DNA of 24,650 bases from a virus. The stretch lies in the UHGV virus genome UHGV-0200293. The stretch is one strand, 5' to 3'. Below the pieces are notes generated by a model. The model had not been told where the DNA came from and searched no databases. It saw only the letters and a program-made list of their open reading frames with translations. How positions within the stretch are numbered: the stretch's first letter is position 1; each line of letters opens with the position of its first letter. The position numbers and the translations under genes are program-made. This document shows positions 1 through 8,507 of the stretch, piece by piece.

Positions 1-1
1 C

Positions 2-271
2 GGATTGTATGTATCTAATTTTTCTGGCTATGTTGTTGGGATATTGTTCAGTTACGTCCTTAACACATATTTTACTTTCTCGTCAAAGCCATCATTCAGA
101 AGGTTGGTTAAGTTCATTGTATGTTGTGCAGCCTGCTACGTCATCAATCTCATAGCCATGAAAACAACTATAGCATTTGGTTTTGAAAATAAATATTTAA
201 TCCAGCTGGCAGGGATGTTTTTCTATACAATCTCTGGTTTTTTAATTAATAAACTCTGGGTAATGAAATAA
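2..271 (+). CDS. gtrA: GtrA-family bactoprenol-linked glucose flippase, 5'-truncated by the window edge
   Basis: The frame is open to the window edge, so the TTG at 5 is an internal Leu. The sequence is small and hydrophobic with a ...LNTYFTFSSK... GtrA-like motif. A TAATG overlap leads into gtrB, and it is first in a gtr-type operon. Confidence 0.8.
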   Translation, partial: GLYVSNFSGYVVGILFSYVLNTYFTFSSKPSFRRLVKFIVCCAACYVINLIAMKTTIAFGFENKYLIQLAGMFFYTISGFLINKLWVMK

Positions 272-1227
272 TGAAAGCGCCTGTTCTTTCCATTGTTGTG
301 CCTTGCTATAATGAGCAAGATGTTTTTAGCCTTTGTCTTAATGAGTTATCATCTCGTATGAGTGAAATGAAAGACAAAGGGAAAATAGATAGAGAAAGTC
401 ATATAGTCTTTGTTGATGATGGAAGCAAAGATAATACCTGGCGATTAATAGAAGAAGCATCAAGTGACAGTTGTCTGGTGAAAGGGGTAAAACTTTCACG
501 AAATAAAGGCCATCAGACTGCATTGATGGCAGGGTTATCATCATGCACTACATCTGACATTACTGTAAGTATTGATGCTGACTTGCAAGATGACACCGCT
601 GTGATTGAAAAAATGGTTGACTCCTATCTCTCTGGTCACGACATAGTATACGGAGTAAGGAACGACAGAACCTCAGATAGTTTTTTTAAGAAGTTTACAG
701 CAGAAGCATTCTATAAGGTAATGACCAGGCTTGGTGTAAATCAGGTTGAAAATCATGCTGATTTTAGGCTGTTAAGTCGAAGGGCGCTCAACTCCCTTTT
801 ACAGTATAAAGAACAAAACCTATATATTCGGGGTCTTATCCCCCTGATCGGATATCCAAGTGATAAAGTGTACTATTCTCGTCATGAGCGAGCGGCAGGA
901 GAATCAAAGTACCCGCTCAGAAAAATGCTGGCTCTTGCCCTTGAAGGAATCACATCGTTCTCAGTAACTCCGTTGAGGATCGTAACCGCTTTAGGTTTTA
1001 TTATCTCTATACTTTCATCAATTGGAGTTATATATACTCTTGCCCAGTATTTTCTTGGACATACTGTTAGTGGATGGGCGTCGATGATTTTAGCTGTACT
1101 ATTTATAGGTGGAGTTCAAATGCTCTGCCTTGGTGTGATTGGCGAGTATATTGGTAAGATATATATTGAAAGTAAAAAAAGACCAAAGTTTTTTATTTCT
1201 GAGGTAACGGAAAATGACAAAGAATAA
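271..1227 (+). CDS. gtrB: Bactoprenol glucosyltransferase (GT2 family)
   Basis: It has the LSIVVPCYNE, VDDGSKDNT and DADLQDD (DxD) motifs. Two C-terminal TM helices match classic GtrB architecture and size (318 aa). Confidence 0.9.
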   Translation: MKAPVLSIVVPCYNEQDVFSLCLNELSSRMSEMKDKGKIDRESHIVFVDDGSKDNTWRLIEEASSDSCLVKGVKLSRNKGHQTALMAGLSSCTTSDITVSIDADLQDDTAVIEKMVDSYLSGHDIVYGVRNDRTSDSFFKKFTAEAFYKVMTRLGVNQVENHADFRLLSRRALNSLLQYKEQNLYIRGLIPLIGYPSDKVYYSRHERAAGESKYPLRKMLALALEGITSFSVTPLRIVTALGFIISILSSIGVIYTLAQYFLGHTVSGWASMILAVLFIGGVQMLCLGVIGEYIGKIYIESKKRPKFFISEVTENDKE

Positions 1228-2914
1228 TAAAGTATATTTTATATCCTTTGTGATTGTGTTAGTTTTAGCTCTGTTAAATGTGCATGTATTCATGGGTAAT
1301 GAACAGAGCGTGTACTTTTGGGACTCCAAAAATTTTTGGATGCAATGGATGAGATACGCCGATCTGTTGTTCCAGAGCCCGTTGGACTGGGGCATGTCTG
1401 TTTATACAACAGTAACAAAGGATGACTATAACGCTCTGTCTACAGCATTATTATTTCCATTTAAATTTCTGCCCATCGACTCAAGAAGTGCTTACATATA
1501 CGCTATAACCATTACATATTTAATCCCTGTAATTTTATTGGCAACATTTATTTTATTAAAAATATTTGAAAACAAGTCAGCATTCTATGTAATAACAACA
1601 GCTATTCTTGTTGTATTATATACTCCATTCTGGAAACCAACTCTTAGAGGTTTGCCTGATGTTGTCGGACTGATACCTATTCTCTGTGTGATTTATTTTA
1701 CGATAAAAAATAACTTATCAAACAGAGTATTGTTATTTAAATCAGTTTTTCTCGGCATTCTGTTATGGATGCCATTTGCATTTAGAAGATGGTATATATT
1801 TACGGTCATCACCTTATATATAACCTTGCCTTTTTTTGTGGCTTATTATCATGATGTTAAGTTTAAGTTCGAGTTAAACAAAGCAAAAAACATATTGATT
1901 AACTTTTTCATCTCAGGAATAATCACTGTTGCCCTTGCATTATTAATTCAGAAAGAGTTAATAGCCAGAATAATATCTACAGATTACTCAACCATGTATT
2001 CAGCTTACCAATATGGATTCTCAAAATCACTTATGGTGATTTTTGGAGATATTGGTTTGTTTATGATGCCATTTTTTATATTTGGCATAATTAGTGCCAT
2101 TTCAAACATTAAAACAAAGCAAAGCGTTTTTGTTCTTTTCTCTGCTTTCTCGTTTGTTATCAGTGTACTATTATTTACTGGTACTCAGACACCCGGCATT
2201 CATCATGTTCTACCATTCTCTCTGTGGTTCTTGTTTGTTTCTATTTTTGGGCTAAATTACATATCATCATTATTCAAGAGCAAGGATGCCGAACATTCTT
2301 TACTTACCATAATTATGGTAGGCATGACGCTTATATCTGTTAGCACTTTTAACAAACCATTCCCTTCTTATAAAAATGGCTTCCATATATTTCCTGATGG
2401 ATTATACCCATATAAAGTTTCCAATTTCGACGAGTACAAAAGGCTGAGTGATAGACTTGTAGCCCTTACGAATAGTGGCGATAAAATATCTGTATTTAGC
2501 TCTAACTACATCTTAAATGATGATATGTTACTTACAATATCTAATTTCAAGCTTACCCCTCGTGTATTCCGTGTATCTCAAGTAGATTTGCGCGATAAAC
2601 TCAGGATGGAAGCTTTCTCCACAAAATATGTTGTGGTTACTAACCCCATACAGTTGCATTTAAACAAGGACGGACAAAGGGTCATCTCTTACCCTGCGAC
2701 CTTATTGTTAAATAGAAAAGGTATAGGTTCGGCATATAAAAAACTTGATGAAAAATATCAACTAAGTAAAGGGGTTTCTGCATATATCTATGAAAAGCAG
2801 AGGCCATTTACTGAGTCTGAGTCCCAAGATTTTATAAAAAACATAGTTAATATGTACCCTCAATGGAATGAACTATACAATAATGCTAAGACATTAAAAT
2901 TATTATCTGAATAA
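1214..2914 (+). CDS. gtrC: Serotype-specific O-antigen glucosyltransferase-like polytopic membrane protein (GtrC position)
   Basis: This is a 566-aa, very AT-rich ORF with many predicted TM segments followed by a ~190-aa soluble C-terminal region. The start overlaps gtrB by 14 nt and has a GAGGT SD. It is third in the gtr operon. Confidence 0.7.
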   Translation: MTKNNKVYFISFVIVLVLALLNVHVFMGNEQSVYFWDSKNFWMQWMRYADLLFQSPLDWGMSVYTTVTKDDYNALSTALLFPFKFLPIDSRSAYIYAITITYLIPVILLATFILLKIFENKSAFYVITTAILVVLYTPFWKPTLRGLPDVVGLIPILCVIYFTIKNNLSNRVLLFKSVFLGILLWMPFAFRRWYIFTVITLYITLPFFVAYYHDVKFKFELNKAKNILINFFISGIITVALALLIQKELIARIISTDYSTMYSAYQYGFSKSLMVIFGDIGLFMMPFFIFGIISAISNIKTKQSVFVLFSAFSFVISVLLFTGTQTPGIHHVLPFSLWFLFVSIFGLNYISSLFKSKDAEHSLLTIIMVGMTLISVSTFNKPFPSYKNGFHIFPDGLYPYKVSNFDEYKRLSDRLVALTNSGDKISVFSSNYILNDDMLLTISNFKLTPRVFRVSQVDLRDKLRMEAFSTKYVVVTNPIQLHLNKDGQRVISYPATLLLNRKGIGSAYKKLDEKYQLSKGVSAYIYEKQRPFTESESQDFIKNIVNMYPQWNELYNNAKTLKLLSE

Positions 2915-2942
2915 AAACAGGCCGCGAACGCGGCCTGTTTTT
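2913..2942. terminator. Bidirectional rho-independent terminator shared by gtrC (+) and the tail-tube chimera (-)
   Basis: Sequence is AAAAA-CAGGCCG-cgaacg-CGGCCTG-TTTTT. The stem is perfect and GC-rich, flanked by an A-run and a T-run. Confidence 0.85.
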
Positions 2943-3750
2943 ACACTATCGTCCCAGTACCATTTTTCCATACTGATCCGGTCCATGTTATAGCGTAACC
3001 TAAAGTTGTATCTAATATCTGCGCACCTGCGTCAACAAGACCAAGGGCGGGCCTTCCTGCGGTAGTAAAACTTGGCAGGCGCGGAGGCTTTACAAAGTTA
3101 ACAGAGTTAGCTGTTCCAAAACATGTAATACTAGCTGTAGTTAACTGTACTGTATATGTATTAGACCAAGCCCAGCGAGTTGTTCCATCATAATATCCAT
3201 TTGCAATTTTGTTATCAAATGTAGCTGGAGTAACTTCAACACCAGTAACAGCGATTGAATCAGCCACTTCGAACACCACGGTGTCAGCGTCGTAAACTTT
3301 CCACTCACCAGAGAAAGTGGAAATGTCGTTGGTCCCGAAGTCTCCAGACCATGACGTGGTATTCATGTAGCCCTGAATGTAGGTGCCAGCGTTCTCACCA
3401 GCGAAGTCGAAGCGTACCCAAAGGTTAGGCTGCCGACCTGCCTGCACTTCATCAAAGATGTACTTCGACAGACGCCACGCGCCGATCTCGTTATCTTTAT
3501 CCGACTTGCGAAACTCACCTTCACCGGAGATCGTCAGATCCATGTTGTTGACCAGGTTCTCCACCAGCCCTTTAGCATCATCTGCTTCGGAGTTGATGGT
3601 GTTCATCGAATAGTCGATGCCCTTGGTCGTCATAGCGCCGAGACGCTTCCACTCGGAAAGCGCTGGCACTGCGTCGGGGCAGCCAAAGGCCATGCGTAGC
3701 ACAGTTACTTTCCCGATCAGCTTGCCAAAATCATTAGCACAGCCTTGCAT
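2941..3750 (-). CDS. Phage major tail (tube) protein-like N-terminal domain fused to an AT-rich fibre-like C-terminal extension
   Basis: Residues 1-~160 have the pattern of TP901-1/phi13-type major tail proteins (...TISGEGEF...WVRFDF...SGEWKV...). Composition shifts near 3235-3260. The C-terminus carries LPSFTTAGRPA...LDTTLGYAITWTGSVW, a motif I associate with tail fibres/spikes. SD is GAGAGGT. Confidence 0.6.
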   Translation of the reverse strand: MQGCANDFGKLIGKVTVLRMAFGCPDAVPALSEWKRLGAMTTKGIDYSMNTINSEADDAKGLVENLVNNMDLTISGEGEFRKSDKDNEIGAWRLSKYIFDEVQAGRQPNLWVRFDFAGENAGTYIQGYMNTTSWSGDFGTNDISTFSGEWKVYDADTVVFEVADSIAVTGVEVTPATFDNKIANGYYDGTTRWAWSNTYTVQLTTASITCFGTANSVNFVKPPRLPSFTTAGRPALGLVDAGAQILDTTLGYAITWTGSVWKNGTGTIV

Positions 3751-3761
3751 GTGTACCTCTC

Positions 3762-3790
3762 AAATAAAAAAGGCCGCCGGATGGCAGCCT
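3762..3790 (-). terminator. Rho-independent terminator (minus strand) just upstream of the tail-tube gene
   Basis: The minus strand reads AGGCTGCC-atcc-GGCGGCCT followed by TTTTTTATTT. Confidence 0.7.
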
Positions 3791-3809
3791 GATGGGTTGG
3801 TGATGGGGG

Positions 3810-4016
3810 CTATTCGCCGTAAACGCACATGAACTGAAGTCGGAAGACCAATCGTCCCTCTTCAGTCAGGAGTGGTGCTGGCATATTCCCGAGGTTTTGA
3901 ATCAGGCCAAGGCACTCATCGGCAATGTCGTTCTGTTCGACATAATTGATGATTTCCTATGCCTTTTCTGCTGCTGGGCGACGATTACGTACTCGTTCGT
4001 ACATTGGAGGAGTCAT
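3810..4016 (-). pseudogene. Small 68-codon late-operon ORF interrupted by an in-frame TAG at codon 20 (3957-3959)
   Basis: The ATG at 4016 overlaps the upstream stop as ATGA. Translation is MTPPMYERVRNRRPAAEKA-TAG-EIINYVEQNDIADECLGLIQNLGNMPAPLLTEEGRLVFRLQFMCVYGE. It was missed by the ORF track. Confidence 0.5.
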
Positions 4017-4381
4017 AACGACATTTCCTTGGCGATTGCAGCGTCTATCTGTCGCCGGGTTTCTTCGAAACCTTTAGTAAGAAATTCTTTCTTGGCCGTT
4101 GCCCGGCGGAAGTTCTGCGGTACATTCGGATCATGGACATAAACGGCGTAGTTAGCAGTGTATCCAACGCGCCCAGTAACACGATTTCCGTTCACCGTAA
4201 TCTCTCTGAATTGGCTGTTTATGAGGGTTGAAGTATCAATTGGTGTATACAGAGCCGCCTGCGTTCCGCCTATAATCAAAGCAGATTGCATAGCACGAAC
4301 GACTTTTCTCCCCTGTATATCACCAACAATAGTGTTCAGGTGCCTCTTCGCCTAGTTGACGCCCTTCACTTTGATGCCCAT
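4013..4381 (-). pseudogene. HK97 gp10-family head-tail protein with an in-frame TAG at codon 10 (4352-4354)
   Basis: SD GGAGAAAAA precedes the ATG at 4381. Translation is MGIKVKGVN-TAG-AKRHLNTIVGDIQGRKVVRAMQSAL...YTPIDTSTLINS...YANYAVYVHD, the typical gp10-family pattern. The ORF track shows only the 92-aa 3' part. Confidence 0.7.
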
Positions 4382-4394
4382 TTTTTCTCCAGGC

Positions 4395-4420
4395 AATAAA
4401 AAAGGCCGCCTTAGCGACCT
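4395..4420 (-). terminator. Rho-independent terminator after the 57-aa moron
   Basis: The minus strand reads AGGTCGC-taag-GCGGCCT-TTTTTTATTG. It is near-identical to the module at 8531-8575. Confidence 0.75.
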
Positions 4421-4437
4421 TATCTGAATGCGTTGTG

Positions 4438-4611
4438 CTACTTATACATGATGCTGATTTCTTTTGAATCCTCTGACTCTTTCCATTCCAACTGAATGAG
4501 AAGAGACGGATCATTACGAATTAGCTCTGCAATTTCATTAAGCTTATCCGCAACAACTCCCGCTGACTCTGGAGTGAAATTACCAGTGTTGTAACCGCTG
4601 ACTTCAGACAT
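4438..4611 (-). CDS. Hypothetical 57-aa moron protein (MSEVSGYNTGNFTPESAGVVADKLNEIAELIRNDPSLLIQLEWKESEDSKEISIMYK)
   Basis: It has a strong SD (GAGAGGA), sits in an AT-rich segment, and has its own terminator directly downstream. It is below the ORF-track size cutoff. Confidence 0.55.
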   Translation of the reverse strand: MSEVSGYNTGNFTPESAGVVADKLNEIAELIRNDPSLLIQLEWKESEDSKEISIMYK

Positions 4612-4657
4612 AAATTCCTCTCAACGCGTGGGTTTAGAAGACTCTATCATACTCCCG

Positions 4658-4999
4658 TCAGGATGGCGTAATCATCCGCCAGGCGTTCGAACGTGTCGGC
4701 GTAGCGGATATAACCTGGCGCACCTCGTCGGCACCGGCCACAACCGGGTCTGCTTCAGTCGAAACCCCAATCAGCAGGTAATCACCAGCGGCCGCCAGCG
4801 CAAACTCCGTCCAGACGGTATTCTTCACGACGATTTCAGCGCCCAGGCTGGCTAGCTTCTTGCTGAGTCCGCCCTCGTAATCACAGATGATTTGCTCAGG
4901 TTCGGCATAGCCTAGCGGGTCGCCGTATTCGTCATTGCCTTCCAGTTTGCGCCAGATGGTCGCCGTGGCGGTATAGCTCCACGAAGCAATGCTCGACAT
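4658..4999 (-). CDS. Head-tail joining / head-closure-like protein (113 aa)
   Basis: The start at MSSIASW has SD GGAAGGAGGG and a TGATG overlap with the upstream ORF. Assignment rests on its position in the head-tail module and is weak. Confidence 0.55.
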   Translation of the reverse strand: MSSIASWSYTATATIWRKLEGNDEYGDPLGYAEPEQIICDYEGGLSKKLASLGAEIVVKNTVWTEFALAAAGDYLLIGVSTEADPVVAGADEVRQVISATPTRSNAWRMITPS

Positions 5000-5172
5000 C
5001 AGCCCTCCTTCCAGCGCAGCACCTTCGCGCCGGTCGCCCGGATGCGCGGGCAGTTGATGAACCACTCGCCATCCGATTTCACGTGGCCAGTCGTCTCCCG
5101 CCCGGTGTCGGTCATCACCCAGACGCGGGTGAAAGAGCGCGGCAGCCCGTGCTTAACTGATTTGTACGTCAT
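4999..5172 (-). CDS. Small 57-aa head-tail module protein (MTYKSVKHGLPRSFTRVWVMTDTGRETTGHVKSDGEWFINCPRIRATGAKVLRWKEG)
   Basis: It is coupled at both ends by TGATG overlaps at 5172 and 4999. It was missed by the ORF track. Confidence 0.55.
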   Translation of the reverse strand: MTYKSVKHGLPRSFTRVWVMTDTGRETTGHVKSDGEWFINCPRIRATGAKVLRWKEG

Positions 5173-5552
5173 CAGCAGCCTCCGACCACCATGAACAGGC
5201 CGACGCTGCTCCCGGCGCTGATTGGCAGGTCGCCGGTGCAGCCGCTGGTATCGAGTTTCGCCAGTGAGTCGCGCAGCCAGTTGATGCTGTCGTCGCCATA
5301 TTCAAACGAGCGGGACGCGCCAGACGGAGCGCCCTGCGATTTGATGCGACGCGCGCCGGACGACGTAGCCATCAATGCGGCGGCGTACATCAGGATCAGC
5401 TTCGCGGTGCACTCGTCATACCCCGCGCCATCGAGGCATGGGATAATCTTGTTCACTACGCAGAGGATCGGCTCCAGCAGCGAGCCCGGAATGGAGTAAC
5501 CCAATTCACCGGGGAACGCCTGCACGTCTGCCGCTGTGATTGGGTCAGCCAT
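5172..5552 (-). CDS. Head-tail connector/adaptor-like protein (126 aa, DUF4054-like by eye)
   Basis: It lies downstream of the capsid gene. The N-terminal MADPITAADVQAFPGEL... resembles gp6/DUF4054-type connectors. Confidence 0.5.
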   Translation of the reverse strand: MADPITAADVQAFPGELGYSIPGSLLEPILCVVNKIIPCLDGAGYDECTAKLILMYAAALMATSSGARRIKSQGAPSGASRSFEYGDDSINWLRDSLAKLDTSGCTGDLPISAGSSVGLFMVVGGC

Positions 5553-5554
5553 GG

Positions 5555-5761
5555 TTATTTACCCTTCTTCGCTTTGGTTTTCGGCTCTGCTGGAGCGGCA
5601 ACCTCAATATGACGCTCTCCGCCATCGATCACCTCAACCAGACCAGTAGATTCCCAGCGTTCCGCAACATCATCGCTAACCTCTAACGTCATGCCAACCT
5701 CCAACTTCTGGAGATTGGCACCGGAAAAGAGGTTAGATGAGACCACTTTTACCAGTGCCAT
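5555..5761 (-). CDS. Small 68-aa head-module protein with a Lys-rich tail
   Basis: A G-rich SD is present. It sits between the major capsid and connector genes. Confidence 0.55.
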   Translation of the reverse strand: MALVKVVSSNLFSGANLQKLEVGMTLEVSDDVAERWESTGLVEVIDGGERHIEVAAPAEPKTKAKKGK

Positions 5762-5841
5762 GCCGCCCCCCCTTAGCTCGAAGCGAAAACGACAGAGAAG
5801 TGACCGTTGATGTCCTGCTTAACCATCAGGCCAGCTGCACC

Positions 5842-6852
5842 CTAGGTACGCCAGACATAATCGCTGTTATAGAAGAGGCGCGGGTCGGCTACTGTGCCGA
5901 ACGCCTGACCAATAATGGGGGCAATAACTCCAGCACCCAGCGGAACAATCAGGATCTGGTTGCCGGTCAACTGAGCATCTTCTTTTACTGCGGAAATACC
6001 AGATAACTTCAGAATCTCTTCCAGCACGGTGCGGGTTTTATTCTGAGTGTCGTAGTACTGCTCGAGGTTGGACATGATTTCTGCCGACACATGCCAGGTC
6101 TGCTGGCCATACTGATAGTTTTGAAGCTTCAGTACATCGCGCAGCGCAATCGCGGCAGCACGCATAGCGTCTGGATCAGTGCTGGTCGCGAAGTTTACTG
6201 TCAGTGTTACCTGAGCAACGCGCTCGTCCGCCTGCAGCCCTTTCCAGGTATAGTCATCAAATTTGATGAAATTGCCTTCGCTGTCGCGAAAACCATTCCA
6301 GATATAGTCCACATACTGACGGCGAACATCATCAACAGAGCCTGCCTGAGCGTCAGACAGTGATGCCAGAGCGGAACCTTTGTTGAATACCGGATCACGC
6401 CAGTTGAACTTAAAGCCGCTGTCATGGATCGACACCATCGTTCCGTCAAAGGTGTAGCTTTTCGCGTCCAGAGCGGCACCAATCTGACCTGACATAGAAG
6501 TGTGAGCCCAGCCTCGTCCGCCTTTGCGGGCATACTCGTACACTGATTCTTCCAGACGAACGGAACGGGACAGCGGCATCAGATCATTCAGTAGCGTAAA
6601 CTCTGTGGTCGGCTCAAACTCGGCCAGTACTGTCTGGTCATACGCTTTATACAGTCGGCGGATATCGTCTACTGCATTAACAACATCCAGTACAGGGGCG
6701 TTGGATGCCTCACCACGAAATTGCGCGCGGGAGATGAAATCTGCCACAGCCTGAGCGCTAGCATTGCGTGCGAATTGCAACTCCTGAAACTGAGCCTGGT
6801 TGGCCTCAAAGTTTCGGGTCTCCTTCGCCTTTTTCATAGAAAATGCAAACAT
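5842..6852 (-). CDS. Major capsid protein (DUF2184/encapsulin-like type by eye)
   Basis: The ORF is 336 aa with SD AAGGAGAG. It follows the scaffold/protease and decoration-like genes. Sequence character matches capsid proteins that accompany DUF1073-type portals. Confidence 0.75.
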   Translation of the reverse strand: MFAFSMKKAKETRNFEANQAQFQELQFARNASAQAVADFISRAQFRGEASNAPVLDVVNAVDDIRRLYKAYDQTVLAEFEPTTEFTLLNDLMPLSRSVRLEESVYEYARKGGRGWAHTSMSGQIGAALDAKSYTFDGTMVSIHDSGFKFNWRDPVFNKGSALASLSDAQAGSVDDVRRQYVDYIWNGFRDSEGNFIKFDDYTWKGLQADERVAQVTLTVNFATSTDPDAMRAAAIALRDVLKLQNYQYGQQTWHVSAEIMSNLEQYYDTQNKTRTVLEEILKLSGISAVKEDAQLTGNQILIVPLGAGVIAPIIGQAFGTVADPRLFYNSDYVWRT

Positions 6853-6863
6853 TCAGTCTCTCC

Positions 6864-7307
6864 TTACTTGAATACGACGCGAACCAGATCGCCAGCAGCA
6901 GCGGTCAGCGCTTTGTCTTCTTCTACATATGCGAACACAGTGTCAGGCGTTTCGCCTGTAGTCGTTGCCAGTTTGATCCGACCATTGTCCACGGCAACCG
7001 GATCGCCTTTTGAGTACGTTCCCGCCGCTGCTCGCAAATTGAGGAACACACCAGGAGTGGGGTGAAATGCAACTACCCAGTCACCAGCGGCGATTGTATC
7101 GTCTACTGTTTTGCAGCGCAGGTAGTCATAGTTGGCAACGTAGTGAATTGCTGCTTCTGAGCCATCGGTTGAAGCAGTGAACTTACCATCAACAAAAATA
7201 CCGACAGTACCTGGCTGAGTGGCTGCCGCAGCAGCACCTTCGCGATGAAGTTGCGGGTTAGCGAAAATGCCGCCCGCGTGAATTACGTGTTTTCCGTCTT
7301 TAGCCAT
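6864..7307 (-). CDS. Head decoration / capsid accessory protein-like (147 aa)
   Basis: It is a Gly/Ala-rich, beta-type sequence lying between the scaffold and major capsid genes. Confidence 0.55.
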   Translation of the reverse strand: MAKDGKHVIHAGGIFANPQLHREGAAAAATQPGTVGIFVDGKFTASTDGSEAAIHYVANYDYLRCKTVDDTIAAGDWVVAFHPTPGVFLNLRAAAGTYSKGDPVAVDNGRIKLATTTGETPDTVFAYVEEDKALTAAAGDLVRVVFK

Positions 7308-7310
7308 TTT

Positions 7311-8507
7311 TTACTCCGGCATTTCGCTGACTGATTGGGTATTGGTAGCCTGGTTGCGGAATGCACCGTTCAGGCCGAAAGATGTCTGGCACTTGGCGTA
7401 CATGGCGTCGAGCGCCTTACCGTCCAGATCTGCAACTTCGTCGTCGCTCATGTTTATTGCCAGCTTTACAGCGGCGCGCTTTTCGCCTTTCTCTTTGTCA
7501 GAGTTGGCATTGATCTGGCTATTAATTGCGGAGACCTGCTCAGTAAGGACCTTCGCCCACGCTGGCATCTCTTCGCTGTTGGTGGTCTGCTCTTTAGCCT
7601 TCTTGTCTTCCGCTTCTTTCTTCTCACGGGCGGCCTTCTCTTCAGGCGTTTCTTCTTTGCTGCCGGCGTTTTCTGCCAGCATTTGGTTGTATGCGTCCAT
7701 CAGTTCGGCATCGGTTTTACCGTCAACCGATTTACCTTTGGCCTTCAGCGCATTAACGATGAGCTCTTTCATCGGGTCTGTTTCCTTCTGGGTTGAATCG
7801 CTGTTGGCGCCGAATAACGCCTTTAGCTGGTTGAAAAATGATTTGAATGCGGGGTCTTGCTGGTCTGGGGAATTGGACTCTTCGAGATTGACGACCTCGA
7901 TTTCGACTTCATCACCCTCAGCATTTACGAAGATGCCCACGCCCTCCTCCGGCGTTCCGGCGCCAGGCTCATCAAGCAGCACCGCCACATGGTCGAACAT
8001 CATGTTGGTGGCGATCTCGTTGTACTTCTTGCCCTTCGATTCGCCGTTGGCGGCTATGCCGGAATACAGCAGGCCGGTAGAAATGTGAATCGGGTCGGAG
8101 TTGGTGCCGGCCAGCATCTCATCCAAACGGTTAATCAGGCGCTTGCTCTTGTCGCTGGACTCGGCGTACTGGCGGTTAACGTACATGTCGCCCATCACCT
8201 TCCCGTCCTTGTGGCTGACGTTCTGAAGCCATGCCCCGACGTGGTACTCATTCACTGCCCGGACATCACGTGCCGACACATGCTTGCCGTCCACTTTCGG
8301 GTGGCCCAGCGGCATCGGGTTACGCTCGAGCGTGTTGTAGGCCTTTTCGATTTCTGCTGCCGGGTACAACTTCCGGTTCATCACGATATCGTCCACGACA
8401 GGCGTGATGCCGCGAACCACGATATGTGGCTTGCCGTCGATGGTTTCAGTGGTGATGTTTGAAGCGGAGTTGACGACGGTCAGCACGTTAACGCGGTTGC
8501 GTTTCAT
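7311..8507 (-). CDS. Prohead scaffold/protease-like protein (DUF2213-like N-terminal half, Lys/Glu/Ala-rich coiled-coil C-terminal half)
   Basis: The ORF is 398 aa with SD GAGGA. It sits upstream of the capsid gene. The C-terminal low-complexity helical region is typical of scaffolds. Confidence 0.7.
   Translation of the reverse strand: MKRNRVNVLTVVNSASNITTETIDGKPHIVVRGITPVVDDIVMNRKLYPAAEIEKAYNTLERNPMPLGHPKVDGKHVSARDVRAVNEYHVGAWLQNVSHKDGKVMGDMYVNRQYAESSDKSKRLINRLDEMLAGTNSDPIHISTGLLYSGIAANGESKGKKYNEIATNMMFDHVAVLLDEPGAGTPEEGVGIFVNAEGDEVEIEVVNLEESNSPDQQDPAFKSFFNQLKALFGANSDSTQKETDPMKELIVNALKAKGKSVDGKTDAELMDAYNQMLAENAGSKEETPEEKAAREKKEAEDKKAKEQTTNSEEMPAWAKVLTEQVSAINSQINANSDKEKGEKRAAVKLAINMSDDEVADLDGKALDAMYAKCQTSFGLNGAFRNQATNTQSVSEMPE

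Noticed and set aside
4320-4514. 64-aa minus-strand track ORF. The 66-aa ORF at 19064..19264 is similar.
   Set aside because: The first spans a terminator hairpin and parts of two better-supported genes in other frames. The second overlaps the dinI 3' end out of frame and has no SD.
5776-5844. 22-codon in-frame extension after the capsid gene TAG (GAAGLMVKQDINGHFSVVFASS), considered as a read-through C-terminal extension
   Set aside because: It is short, overlaps the SD region of the next gene, and carries no recognisable domain. Nothing requires it.
7335-8462. Large plus-strand ORFs (153, 248 and 201 aa) antisense to the scaffold/protease gene. Similar antisense ORFs lie inside the terminase, portal and capsid genes.
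   Set aside because: Their composition is low-complexity (Ser/Leu/Ala/Arg/Val runs), mirroring the real minus-strand gene. They have no SD and are fully nested in well-supported genes, so they are typical shadow ORFs.
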